A DNA stretch of 21,719 bases from Welwitschia mirabilis (GCA_051453625.1 JBOZIK010000001.1:30454454-30476172); one strand, 5' to 3'. Shown: positions 9,709 through 19,838, counted from the stretch's first letter. Notes: generated by a model not told the origin, from the letters alone. Program-made: numbers and translations.

Positions 9709-12700
9709 GGCGGCAGTGGACAAAGGGAGTCCGGCAGCGAGTGACTTCTCGCTCATTCGCTGCGCGGTTGACGAGTACGCCGGTGGGGCCCGACGTGGAG
9801 CGGCCGACAGCGACGCGTATTTATCTTCAAGAGCGGGTCCCACGCCATCGCACGAGAAAATGGAATCTCGGCCGCACAGCACTCACTCGAATACCGTCTC
9901 GGCCCGATGAAACGAAACGCGCTGGATCGCGACACGCGTGCGTGGGGACCAACGGATAAAGTAATCAAAAGAAAAAGCCCCTTTAAAACTCCTCCCAATC
10001 TCCCCTTCCTTTCTCTCTCCGGGCGGGCGTGCTGCCTTAGCCCGCAGCCCTCAACCCTCAACCCCCAACCCTCCACCCACGCCCGGCGCTCGATTCCGCC
10101 ACTACATACACATGAGCTCACCCATGAATGAATGATGGCGAGCGCGAAGAGAAATCGTCCAGCGCAACGGGACCCACAGCAACCCGCGACTAAATGATAA
10201 TGTGATTTCAAAAAGGAGGACGCGCGGGAGTCCAACTAGACCAACAACTACTCCATGGAAATGGATGAGTTGCCCCGCTCCGTTACCCGGCACGTGTTTG
10301 CCGCAACACGACACTGTGGATTGACGCGCGCGCGGGGACCACGCTTTTCGTTCACGATAAGGAGAAAGGCCTCGCGTTGGGCCCTTTCTTGCCTTTGAAT
10401 TCTCGACCGTGGATCCATCTATCATGCATTTTACATTAGTTGGTGAAATGTGATATGCATCCCCTCCCCTCCCCTGCCTTGCGAGTTGCTTTATTTCCCA
10501 GGGGTCCCCTTTCCCTCTGTCCTGCCACCTTCTCTTCCTCGCCAGCGAATAAAAGCGCTGCCGTTGCTTAAGCACCACCACCCACCCTCCTTCCTTCCTT
10601 TCGCTTTTACGCTTTTACGGGTTTACCTCCCCCGGCGCTGTTACAGCGGTGCTCCTCTCACTGAGCTTTGAAATGGAAAAAGAGCAAAGGTAAAGTCGTC
10701 ACTTTTCCCCGAGTAGTTGGATTAGGAGGAATGGACATGGCAGTGCAGGTGGAAGCCAAAAAAGCGAGCTAAGAAAGGCCGTGGTAATAAGCTGATAACG
10801 ATGGATTGTGATGATGACGATGATGTTGCTTTGTGGCAATTGCCTTATGGTTGGATCACACGTGTGTATTATGATGCGATGGGTATATCCATGGCCACCC
10901 ATCCGTGACGATGACGCTGCCGGAGGCGGAATGTGGTGATAGCAAATGTCATGTGTCATCCAAGCTCTGTTGGGGTCCTTACAGCGCCCCGCACCACTTC
11001 TTACTTTATCTATTAACAAACCCTTCACTTTCATGCAATCCTCCAAGACGAAGGCTTCGCATAACAATAAGAATTAAACTGAGATTTGTTGTTAATTAAG
11101 CAGAAACAAGGGTAATTACCATGGACGTGCCCAGCCACCCTCGATTTATAAACCGCCTGGTGGGCGTCAGCCAAGGCCTGAGCTCAGCCGTGCGGTGGAG
11201 ATCCGGTTGTCTAGGGCTCTTCCACCTTTCATATTTTTATAATATTACGATAATTGCGTATTTAAGACAGAGTGGTGGGCCCTTTGCTCGACTGTGATGA
11301 CGTTGTTAAGGCCTCTCGTTTGCTTTCGATTTCGTTGGTCGTTCCGTCACGGTGGGAGTTAATGCGAGAAGAGGCTACTATTTATGGTTACGAGCACTTT
11401 AGAAAATAAAGTAAAAAGTTAATCAAAAGAAAAAGGAATTTGAAAAAGTTAACATTGGTGTTGCGTGAACCAGGAACTACATACCAAAATAATAAAGATT
11501 TGTGGAAAATAAACTCGGTAAGGTAGGGGAGATTTGTGGAAGAATAAACTTGCTAATGTGGGGGCGTCGGATGCCGACGTCGAATAAAAGATTTTTATTA
11601 AAAATTATTAAAATTATAACTCCATATATGGTAGATGAGTGCAGAACAGGGAAAAGAATGAAAGGTGAAAAATATAAAAAACGAAATGATTAAGTAGTGA
11701 AGGTTGAGAATACTAAAATGTAAACGTTGGTGAATATTAATGTGAGTAGAGAGAATTTTCATTACGTAAGATATTATCAGGGAAATCTTCACAATTCAAT
11801 GAATCTTATTTTTTATGATTTCGAATGGACCAACTGTTTGAAATGGTTGAAAGCCAATTGCGTGTTCCCTTTGGTCGTATCTACTTTACAAGAAATGAGC
11901 TAATTAGGAAACAAACCCCGGGATTAACGAGAAAAGCGTCCTTGCTAACCATGTTTAACAGAAGCTTGAATGAGTCGTTGTCATGCTTCGTCATACGTGA
12001 CGGCATCCTTTGCAAGCAAGCAGATCCCATTATCCACATGATCTCTTTCAACCTCACCGGAAAACATTTATTCATATCACCCTTTTATACTCACGGGCAA
12101 ACAATTGTTTAATGTTTTCACAAATACGGAAAGCAAGGAAAAAGACCATGTAAACTACTCAGGCAACTTCGGCGGAGACTGATGGGAAGGAGCGACGCCG
12201 TCGCTCTCTGCTTTTCCCTCGTCCGCTCACGCCCTTCAAAACAACGTGCCGAACTCAACAGCCGGGTCTCTCGGACCTTGAATATCCCATAAATTAAAAA
12301 ACGTAAAATAAATATGCATTTTATGAAATCGGCAGAACCGGTAAAGCTTCAGGACGCGGAGTAAATAGGAATAAAATGGAAAGCAAAGGGATAATTGTAA
12401 GAGTAATACATGGATGAGAGCCGTTGGGTTGATTCGGACGGCATTAATGCCGACTTATCGCGAGTTGGGACCCGCGCGGAGAGGGGATCGTCAAGGGTCG
12501 AGAGGACGAAGGAGAACAAACAAACAACGTAAGGTTGTCGTTTGTGAGGTCATGGAATTGAATCAACTAAGAAATCGAATGTATATGAGACTGTGACGTC
12601 CGTCGTTGTGAAGGGACTAACGCAAAAGCGCGTCCCGGGTAATGTCGGCAAAGCAGGGGTGAATTTTGACGGGCAGCAGAAAAACAGTCGAGAAAATATC

Positions 12701-14373
12701 GTCGTCGGCAGAGAAATGGACGTCAAAGAGGAAAGGAGAAGCGCGGTCGGCAGCACGTCCACACTCGACAGTCGACCGTCGACCTTCACCTACGACGAAT
12801 GTGAACGCAAGCGCTGCGGAAAGGAGAAAGGAGGAGAAAGAGACACAGAGAGTGGCCAACTTTTTCTTGCATAATACATTTCGTAATGCTTTAATTCATC
12901 ATCCGTCTATCCATCGGTCCATACAGCACCCGCCACATTGTCGCCATCATCACCACTCACTCGCTCGCTCCTTTTCCTCTTCATTTCCGGGATACCCTTC
13001 CCTGTTTTTTGCTTCTTTTTTTTTCCCGCAGTCTTCTTCCGTTTGTATGTCCTCCTCCTCCGTCTTTGGGCGTCGGCTGAGGCCGATTTATTATAGCAGG
13101 AGCAGCGGCAACAGAATCATGGGCGTTTGTCATTGTTGTTGTTGGAGAGGTCTGTAATCAAAAGATCGTCAGAAAGAAAAGCTTTGTGTCAGAAACGAAA
13201 CGAGACACATCCATCTTATTCATTCCGAATCCAATCCATTGTTGCATCCCTTTTTCTATAATTCAATAATTAAAGGGACTGAAGCGGTTTTGTTCTCCCG
13301 GGCCTCATCAGGCGACGGTGACAGGCGCAGGAAAGATTGGAGTGAGTTCAGAAAGAAATAGACGTTTCCTCGGCCTCCGATGGATGCGCTTGGGCTCCTT
13401 TGGCTTTGGCTTCGCTTTGTCTCCGATTGATATAGTGATTATTTGGGTCTTCTCGCCGCCACGAGAGACGGAGGAATGAAAGAAGCACTCAACTGATAAT
13501 AACTGCAACTTCGATATCTCGTTTCTCCAATATCTTATCAGCGATCCCGACTTACTCACTGACTGACTGACACCGCCCACAACGACACATTTGATATAAG
13601 TATATATTATTCCGTCGCAGTTTCTTTTGGGTGTCCGTTTGTCTTACTACTCTTCTCACTGTTGCTGAAGCGAGATCAAGCATATCAGTTGTGTTTTAAG
13701 TATTATCCTCGATTCTCGTTGGCATACTTTGGTGATGATGGACTGGGTTAAGGCTGCTTTCAGAAGCGTCTTTTCTTGTTGATCTTGAAGTGCAGGAAGG
13801 AGTCGCAGGCGCTGCATCCAGCCATTCTGTAAAGGAGAGACGTCCAATCACGAACGATGATGGAGCGATTGATTGCAGACACACATGACACTTCTGTTCT
13901 TCATTGAAAATACATCGAGGTTCGTTCACTTCGAAGATGTGCATAAATTTGTAGCAGCTTCTCTTACAACACGTTTCTCTTTCTCTGTTATAGCTTGTTA
14001 GCAGAAATGTTTAGCGCTGTTGCTCTTCCGTTCGTCCGCAGAAGGTGTCGTTTGTAGGATAGCGTATTTGGTTGCTTTTGTTGCGAGTGTTTCGGCTGCA
14101 GATCGCAGCGCAATTCTCGTCGCGGGCAAGAATAGGGTTCCCGGCTTCCCGCAACGAATGAGATGTGTCATGAAAGAAACCCTAGTTAGAGACGCTTAGC
14201 GTAATCCTTAAAACTGAACCCAAGGCAAGGCGAATTTTGTCCACGGCTTCTTTCCTTTCACATCTGTGTTTAGCTAATACCCAGTAGAAAAGCGAAGTGA
14301 AGCAAGCGCGGAATTACGTTAAATTGATAATTGAAAGCTTAGATGGAATCCATGTGGACTGTACTAGACTGCA

Positions 14374-14473
14374 NNNNNNNNNNNNNNNNNNNNNNNNNNN
14401 NNNNNNNNNNNNNNNNNNNNNNNNNNNNNNNNNNNNNNNNNNNNNNNNNNNNNNNNNNNNNNNNNNNNNNNNN
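14374..14473. other. Assembly gap (100 N, probably a placeholder of unknown size)
   Basis: Exactly 100 N. Confidence 1.
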
Positions 14474-14547
14474 GCACTCACTGACAGCAGAGAGCAGAGG
14501 GCAGTGCAGGAGGGAGTTGTCCACAGAGCACAGAGAGGGGAGTTAGC

Positions 14548-14573
14548 GAGAGAGAGAGAGAGAGAGAGAGAGA
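14548..14573. repeat. (GA)13 microsatellite, candidate BBR/BPC binding element
   Basis: Perfect GA repeat about 2 kb upstream of the BLH ATG. The regulatory role is inferred. Confidence 0.9.
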
Positions 14574-16040
14574 GGGAATCAAAACAAGAAAGAGTAATAA
14601 TGAATTGATGGATGTATTGCTTTCAGTCTTTTCAGAACATCGCTCTCCACAAATAATCGTTTTGGCATGTTTGTTTTGAAAGGGAGAAGAGCGCAGACTG
14701 GAGACGATCATGGTTTTTCCATGGCCTGCTCTGTCAATCACTTACAGACTGAGACGAAACGCAGAGCAAAGATTTGGGCATATGGCGATGGCTGATGTTA
14801 AATAGTATGGAAAATTAGTACGTGATTTTGAGACTAGTAAACAGTAATGCGAGGAAGAGGCCAATTAAGGTTGGTTGCTTCTCTCTCATCTGCTCTGACA
14901 CACAATCCAGAGAAGCTGCGAAAAAAAAAAGGAAAAAAATTGCTAATTCCTGACCTGCCAAACCATTTCATTGGCATTGTCAATTTGTCATTACCAAGCT
15001 AGGAAGCAGCGAATCCAAGTCTCAATCTGAAGCACGGCTGCGAGCCCATCGATATCAATGCAAAATATAAATAACATTTGTTACGTTCCAAAGGACAGCA
15101 GACGCAGATTCACTGCTCGTATAAGAGATGTCTGATAACGATGATTCACTTCGCTGTCGCAGCCTCTCCGGCTCAAAATACCCGAAATCGCAGGTACTGT
15201 TAACTTCATTGAGTTTCAGTTTCAGTTTCGGCTTAGGTATTACACTGCTTGAACGCCCCATCGCCGGGCTGCAGAAGCCTTAGATGGGAATGAAAGACGG
15301 AAGCCATTAGAATAGATAAATATTAGATGTTCGTCGCAGAAAGAGACCTGCGTAGCTCATTTCCTTTCAAAAGCTCTGCAATACACGTGCCTCTTGTAAC
15401 ATCGGTAGCAGTCTCGTTCATCCCTCCTTTTTACATCAGTACTTGCCTTATTCCTCGTCACAGTATGCGATCCAACGTCCCCTTCTCACTTTCAGAGTCG
15501 ATGCTTGCTCAGTTGAGTAGGTCTCGCTTAATTTAATTGCACCTTTTGCCTCCGTAGTCTCTTCCTTCCTCCGTTTCTTTTCACAGATCGTTTTGAATTC
15601 CTAATTCGGCTGCGCAGACGAAAATCGAGCGATATCTGTTAACAGAGATGGATCTTTCAAGGCAAACCGGCAACGTTTCTTTCGTCTCAACATGCACGGC
15701 CAGCGAAATAAGAGGCCAAGGACGAAGTTCCGGCGAAGGCCGTGCCTCGCGGAGCCCAACTTTCCCATAAGTTTCTTAGGGAAGTTGAGTAAGAAAGTAA
15801 AGCAAAGGGCTGTTGGGGATTTTAAATCGAGATTACAGGCTTAAGGCGATTTTATTCAAAGCATTTATTAGTGGGCTTCTTTTGATTTTGGGGAGACACG
15901 GTTGCTGTTGCTGCTGCCTCGCGGGGGCATTGGAATCCTAATAATAATGATGAGATCAAGGATAATACTAACACTAATTAATTTAATTTGAATAGGGTTG
16001 TTAAGGGCAGGCCGGAGTATATTAATGCGGGTGTCGTTAG

Positions 16041-16389
16041 GTTAGTCTGTTCTGCGCACGACCTGAATGTTATGTATGTATGTATGAATCAATGTTCGCT
16101 TATCCAAAACGCTTCTACGGCAATTTGTTGGATTGAAGCAGAAGAACCGTAGAACATTTTTCGACGAAACCAAACCCTCGTTTCTGTTTTCTCGTGCCGG
16201 CGTGATTTATTGTTATCTGCATGATGTATAATGTGTTTGTTCTGTTGCGGGAACATTGGATCGCCCTTTTCCCTCTCTCAGCGCATATTGAAAATTCGAG
16301 CGAATAACTCTTGTTCAGGTATTCATTCATAGCGTTTAGGGCTTTTGATGATTGCATTCTCTGAAACACCGCAGACGTGTTTTTCTCAG
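16041..16389 (+). other. Candidate 5'-UTR intron of the BLH gene
   Basis: Donor-like AG|GTTAGT at 16041, a T-rich interior and acceptor-like tgtttttctcAG at 16389. The following 16390-16606 has no ATG before the start codon. A second pyrimidine tract at 16539-16566 offers alternative acceptors. Boundaries are inferred only. Confidence 0.35.
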
Positions 16390-16606
16390 AGCACCAGCGA
16401 AGATTGAGAGTTCTGACAACAGCCGCGCGAGGAGGGCCAACGCCACTGCAAACGAAGACACCTCACTGCCGCGAGAACGGGACACTACTGCGCTGATTTG
16501 TTCTCAAAAGTGTTAGCAAGCAAGCAAACGGCTATCTATTTCTGCCCTTTTCCTTTGCTTGTTTGCCCGCAAGAGACTTCAGAACTGAGCCCCCGGAAAT
16601 TCAGAG

Positions 16607-17749
16607 ATGGCTACTTATTACCAGGGCTCCAGTGTCCAGACAGACAATACTCAAACCCTTCACTTATTGAACACCGGGGGAGGAGCAGCTTATGCAGCGG
16701 CAGGAGGAGGCGGAGCAGGGTACTCGGAAGCAGCAGCAGCAGTAGCAGCGGGCAACATGATCCTGCTGAACCACCCAACGTCTGCAGGAAACCACCCCTC
16801 ACAGCACTTTTTAGGAATTCCGTTCGCAACGCAACAGGCTGCAGCCGCAGGTGTTTCCTCTCTCGCGAATCCGTCTGCGTCGCAGCAAGATCTGAATTCG
16901 AGCATTCTTGCTGCGTCACGAATGGGTAACCACGCTTACGGTCTCTGGAGAAACAGAGGAAGCGAGCTCAGTTTTATGGGAGCCCCGGGAGGAAGTAACC
17001 AGAGCCTTGCAGCGCAGCTTAACGAGTCTGCAAACATGGGCGATATTTCGCAGTCGCAGTCGCAGATGGGGTTAAGAAGAGCAGCTGCCAGCATGCAGGA
17101 GCAACAGACATCTGCTGCCATGCTCACCAATGGAGGTCTGAGTCTTCAGTCGGAGCATTCACCGCACACTTCGTCTGCAGTAGCGCATGGGCAGGGTCTT
17201 TCGCTGAGCCTCTCTTCGCAGCAGCCACTGTCTTTCCAGAATAACGATTCTGATATCAACAACTGCCCTGCCATATCTGCTGCGACCACTTCTGAGGATG
17301 AAATGTTCAGGGCGGACAGAAACGCCGGCAAGTGGAATAGCGCCTTCAGATCGCCTTCGTCCAGGGACGGCGTCCTGGGAGCCGATTTTGGATACGCGGC
17401 TTCGTTTCACGGTGCTGGACCCAGCAAACAGCAACAGCTGCAGCATCTGGAATCGGTTGCAGCAGGAGGAGTTGGAGGGTTTTCTGGGAATGGTGGGTTG
17501 TTGGGTTCGAAGTATTTGAAGGCTGCACAGCAGTTGCTGGAAGAGGTTGTGAACGTTGGGCGAGTCTCCAAGTCGGAGTCGAGAAAGCAGGAAGGATGTA
17601 AGCCTCAGTCATGGATCGGAAGCTCTGCGAGTAAAGAAAACAGCGTTACTGAGGGGGGCGGTGGAGATGGGGCTGCGCCGGAGTTGACACCTGCGGAGAG
17701 GCAAGAACTGCAAATGAAGAAAGGGAAACTTATTGCCATGCTTGATGAG
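16607..17749 (+). CDS. BLH1: BLH coding exon 1 (N-terminus, ZIBEL motif, SKY box, start of BELL domain)
   Basis: ATG at 16607, open frame to ...ATG CTT GAT GAG|GTCGGT, donor GT at 17750, phase 0. This matches the conserved LDE|V intron position of BELL genes. The ORF-track extension [14 protein letters not shown] is intronic. Confidence 0.93.
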
Positions 17750-19526
17750 GTCGGTTTTACTTTCGAATTTGGTTTTTTGCAAAAACTGGATTAAGTTTGC
17801 TTTATCGGTTTTGTGTTCTACATTAGGATATCTGTAAGAGGCCTTTACCCATCAGAATTTCTGTGAGTAAAAAGCATGTATTGTTTTCGAGTGTTTTGAA
17901 TTTATGGTTTCGCGTACCGCAACCTGTTGCAGGTTGATCAGAGGTACAGACAATATTACCAGCAAATGCAGATTGTGGTGAACTCGTTTGAAACTGCGGC
18001 TGGATTCGGAGCGGCACGAACATACACGGCAGTTGCGCTGCAGACCATTTCGAGGCATTTTAGGTGTCTGAGAGACGCAATCAGTGGGCAGATAAAGGCC
18101 ACAAGCAAAGCTTTGGGGGAGGACGACTCCGCCGCCGGCGGCAAAGGTGAAACTTCTCGCCTGCGATTCGTGGACCAGCAGTTGAGACAGCAGAGGGCTT
18201 TGCAACAACTGGGTATGATTCAACAGCATGCCTGGCGCCCTCAAAGGGGTCTTCCAGAGCGATCCGTTTCAGTACTCAGGACCTGGCTCTTTGAACACTT
18301 TCTGCACCCGTAAGTGTCCTCTGAAACTTCTTCATTCATAAAATCTCGGAACTAGTTTCGTGGATAGATGTCATTGGTTCAGTGTGTTTTTTCTGCTGCT
18401 ACAGATACCCAAAAGACGCAGACAAGATTATGCTCGCCAAAAAGACCGGCCTCAGCAGAAACCAGGTATGAACGACACCAGAAACGAAATTTGGGATCAA
18501 TATTTTAAGATTTGAGGCCCCGTTGAAAAAGAGCTGAGCCGAATCATGATGCCCAATTGTTGCTCATGCGTGTCCCGGTGTGCAGTTTTATAACGCTAAT
18601 GAACGTTTGAATGAACACAGGTGTCCAACTGGTTCATCAATGCGCGCGTAAGGCTGTGGAAGCCCATGGTGGAAGAAATGTATCTGGAGGAATTGAAAGA
18701 GTCCGAGGCAGAACGCGCCTCCAATGACAAATCTGGAAAGGAAGCCAGCGATAATAATAAGAAAGAGGATTCTGCTTCGGCCAAAGGCGCTACCCACGAC
18801 TCCACTTCTGCAACCAAATCCGAAAACGCTTTCAACGTTAACAACAGTAACAACAACAGTCACAGAAATCAAGCATTTGTGATGGCAGGAGGCACCGACG
18901 ACAGTCAAATTTATAGTGAAGTGGACAACGATGGAATCAGAAATGCCCAACAGCAGATGAAAAAGCCCAGAACCTGCAATGGAGTTCAGGATTCTGCTCC
19001 GCTTCTTTCACCCAACATGAGCGTGGATGTTGACCTCAAATCCGACGAAACAAACAGCGCTGAATTCGCTGCAGAAAACAACAAATTCAGCGAACAGAGA
19101 CACCACAACAGTAACAGCAACGCTGCTGAAGATTTCACTCTGCTTCACAACGGAATGCTTCATGCCAACAATTCCAGTGAGAACGCAGCCGGTTTTGGGT
19201 CGTATCCGTTGGGAGATCTCAGCAGGTTTGGCCAAGCGGGAGGCACATTTGCGCCCAGATTCACTCCGACAGGCGGAGTTTCGCTCACTTTGGGTCTGCA
19301 ACATGCCGATGGACTGTCGTTGCAGGGAAACCAGCACAGTTTCCTTTCAGCGCAGAACCTCGGATTGGGCAACAGAAGACATGACCTCGCTGGAACTTCG
19401 ACAACAGATTACTGCAACATGGATTCCTCCGCGGCCCACCCGCATCCGCACGCCGTTGCTGCAAGCATCTATGACAATCTGGGTTTTCAAAACCAGAAGC
19501 GCTTCGCCACTCAGCTTATGCATTGA
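16607..19526 (+). CDS. BLH1: BEL1-like homeodomain (BELL/BLH, TALE class) transcription factor, 4 coding exons, 828 aa; join(16607..17749,17933..18309,18405..18465,18621..19526)
   Basis: The spliced translation starts MATYYQG..QTLHLLN, typical of BLH1-like N-termini. It contains QGLSLSLSS (N-ZIBEL), [17 protein letters not shown] (SKY box), [38 protein letters not shown]...[16 protein letters not shown] (BELL/POX), the homeodomain [67 protein letters not shown] and [11 protein letters not shown] (C-ZIBEL). All three introns are GT-AG and phases join in frame (1143+377+61+906=2487 nt). Family assignment is secure; exact orthology to BLH1 is not established. Confidence 0.97.
17933..18309 (+). 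CDS. BLH1: BLH coding exon 2 (BELL domain and homeodomain helix 1)
   Basis: Acceptor ctgttgcAG|GTT GAT CAG; ends CAC CC|GTAAGT (phase 2). Encodes [13 protein letters not shown]...WLFEHFLHP. Confidence 0.95.
18405..18465 (+). CDS. BLH1: BLH coding exon 3 (61-nt homeodomain exon, not in the ORF track)
   Basis: Acceptor ttttttctgctgctacAG|A TAC CCA AAA GAC; donor AAC CAG|GTATGA. Encodes (P)[20 protein letters not shown], completing the TALE PYP loop and helix 2. Confidence 0.95.
18621..19526 (+). CDS. BLH1: BLH coding exon 4 (homeodomain helix 3, C-terminal region, ZIBEL motif)
   Basis: Acceptor gaacacAG|GTG TCC AAC TGG, with branch-point-like CTAAT at 18596-18600. Encodes [15 protein letters not shown]...[11 protein letters not shown]...FATQLMH; stop TGA at 19524-19526. 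Confidence 0.95.
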   Translation: MSNWFINARVRLWKPMVEEMYLEELKESEAERASNDKSGKEASDNNKKEDSASAKGATHDSTSATKSENAFNVNNSNNNSHRNQAFVMAGGTDDSQIYSEVDNDGIRNAQQQMKKPRTCNGVQDSAPLLSPNMSVDVDLKSDETNSAEFAAENNKFSEQRHHNSNSNAAEDFTLLHNGMLHANNSSENAAGFGSYPLGDLSRFGQAGGTFAPRFTPTGGVSLTLGLQHADGLSLQGNQHSFLSAQNLGLGNRRHDLAGTSTTDYCNMDSSAAHPHPHAVAASIYDNLGFQNQKRFATQLMH

Positions 19527-19797
19527 TTGATTTTGATTGATTGATTTGTGCATCCATCCATCCGTCTTTCTTTCTCGGCTTTCAGAAATGGAAGGAAAGA
19601 AGGGCCATTGGGCGTTCTGTAAACTCAAGTGATAACTATTGTTGCAAGTGAGAGCTCTGTATAGTCTATGATGATGATGTTAGGGTTTTAGGAGGGATAG
19701 ATTCTTAATTAATATTTGATTAAAAGTATAGATATCCTCTTTTTCCATGCCAAGGGCGAAAAGAGGAGGCCTCTGTAACATATGGCGAGTGAGAGAT

Positions 19798-19838
19798 TAA
19801 AGAAGAAGAAGAAGAATGCATGTGCTGCTGCTGCTGCT
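19798..19838. repeat. (AAG)n and (GCT)n short microsatellites in the probable 3' UTR
   Basis: aagaagaagaagaagaa followed by gctgctgctgctgct, about 270-310 nt after the stop codon. Confidence 0.8.

Noticed and set aside
14482..14503. TGACAGCAGAGAGCAGAGGGCA resembling miR156
   Set aside because: There are several mismatches to the mature miR156 sequence and no complementary star arm is visible. It abuts a gap, so it cannot be supported.
15758..15786. Imperfect inverted repeat aactttcccataag...cttagggaagtt
   Set aside because: It is too short and bulged to call a MITE or pre-miRNA, and no target-site duplication is evident.
7602..16369. Numerous 60-165 aa ORFs on both strands in the upstream region
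   Set aside because: They have no recognisable domains, many non-ATG starts, low-complexity translations and mutual overlaps. This is expected by chance in GC-rich non-coding DNA.
17750..17794. ORF-track continuation [14 protein letters not shown]
   Set aside because: It is read-through into intron 1. The BELL domain resumes in frame at 17933.
19551..19586. CU-rich 3' UTR tract as an StBEL5-type mobile-mRNA/PTB element
   Set aside because: It is a short pyrimidine tract of a kind common in plant 3' UTRs. Nothing in the sequence supports mobility.
16498..19628. Alternative-frame and antisense ORFs overlapping the BLH exons
   Set aside because: They are shadows of the real CDS. The 16498 ORF starts at TTG and is not a credible uORF.
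19686..19700. AGGAGGGATAG partial match to miR390
   Set aside because: Only about 11 nt match, in sense orientation, with no hairpin.
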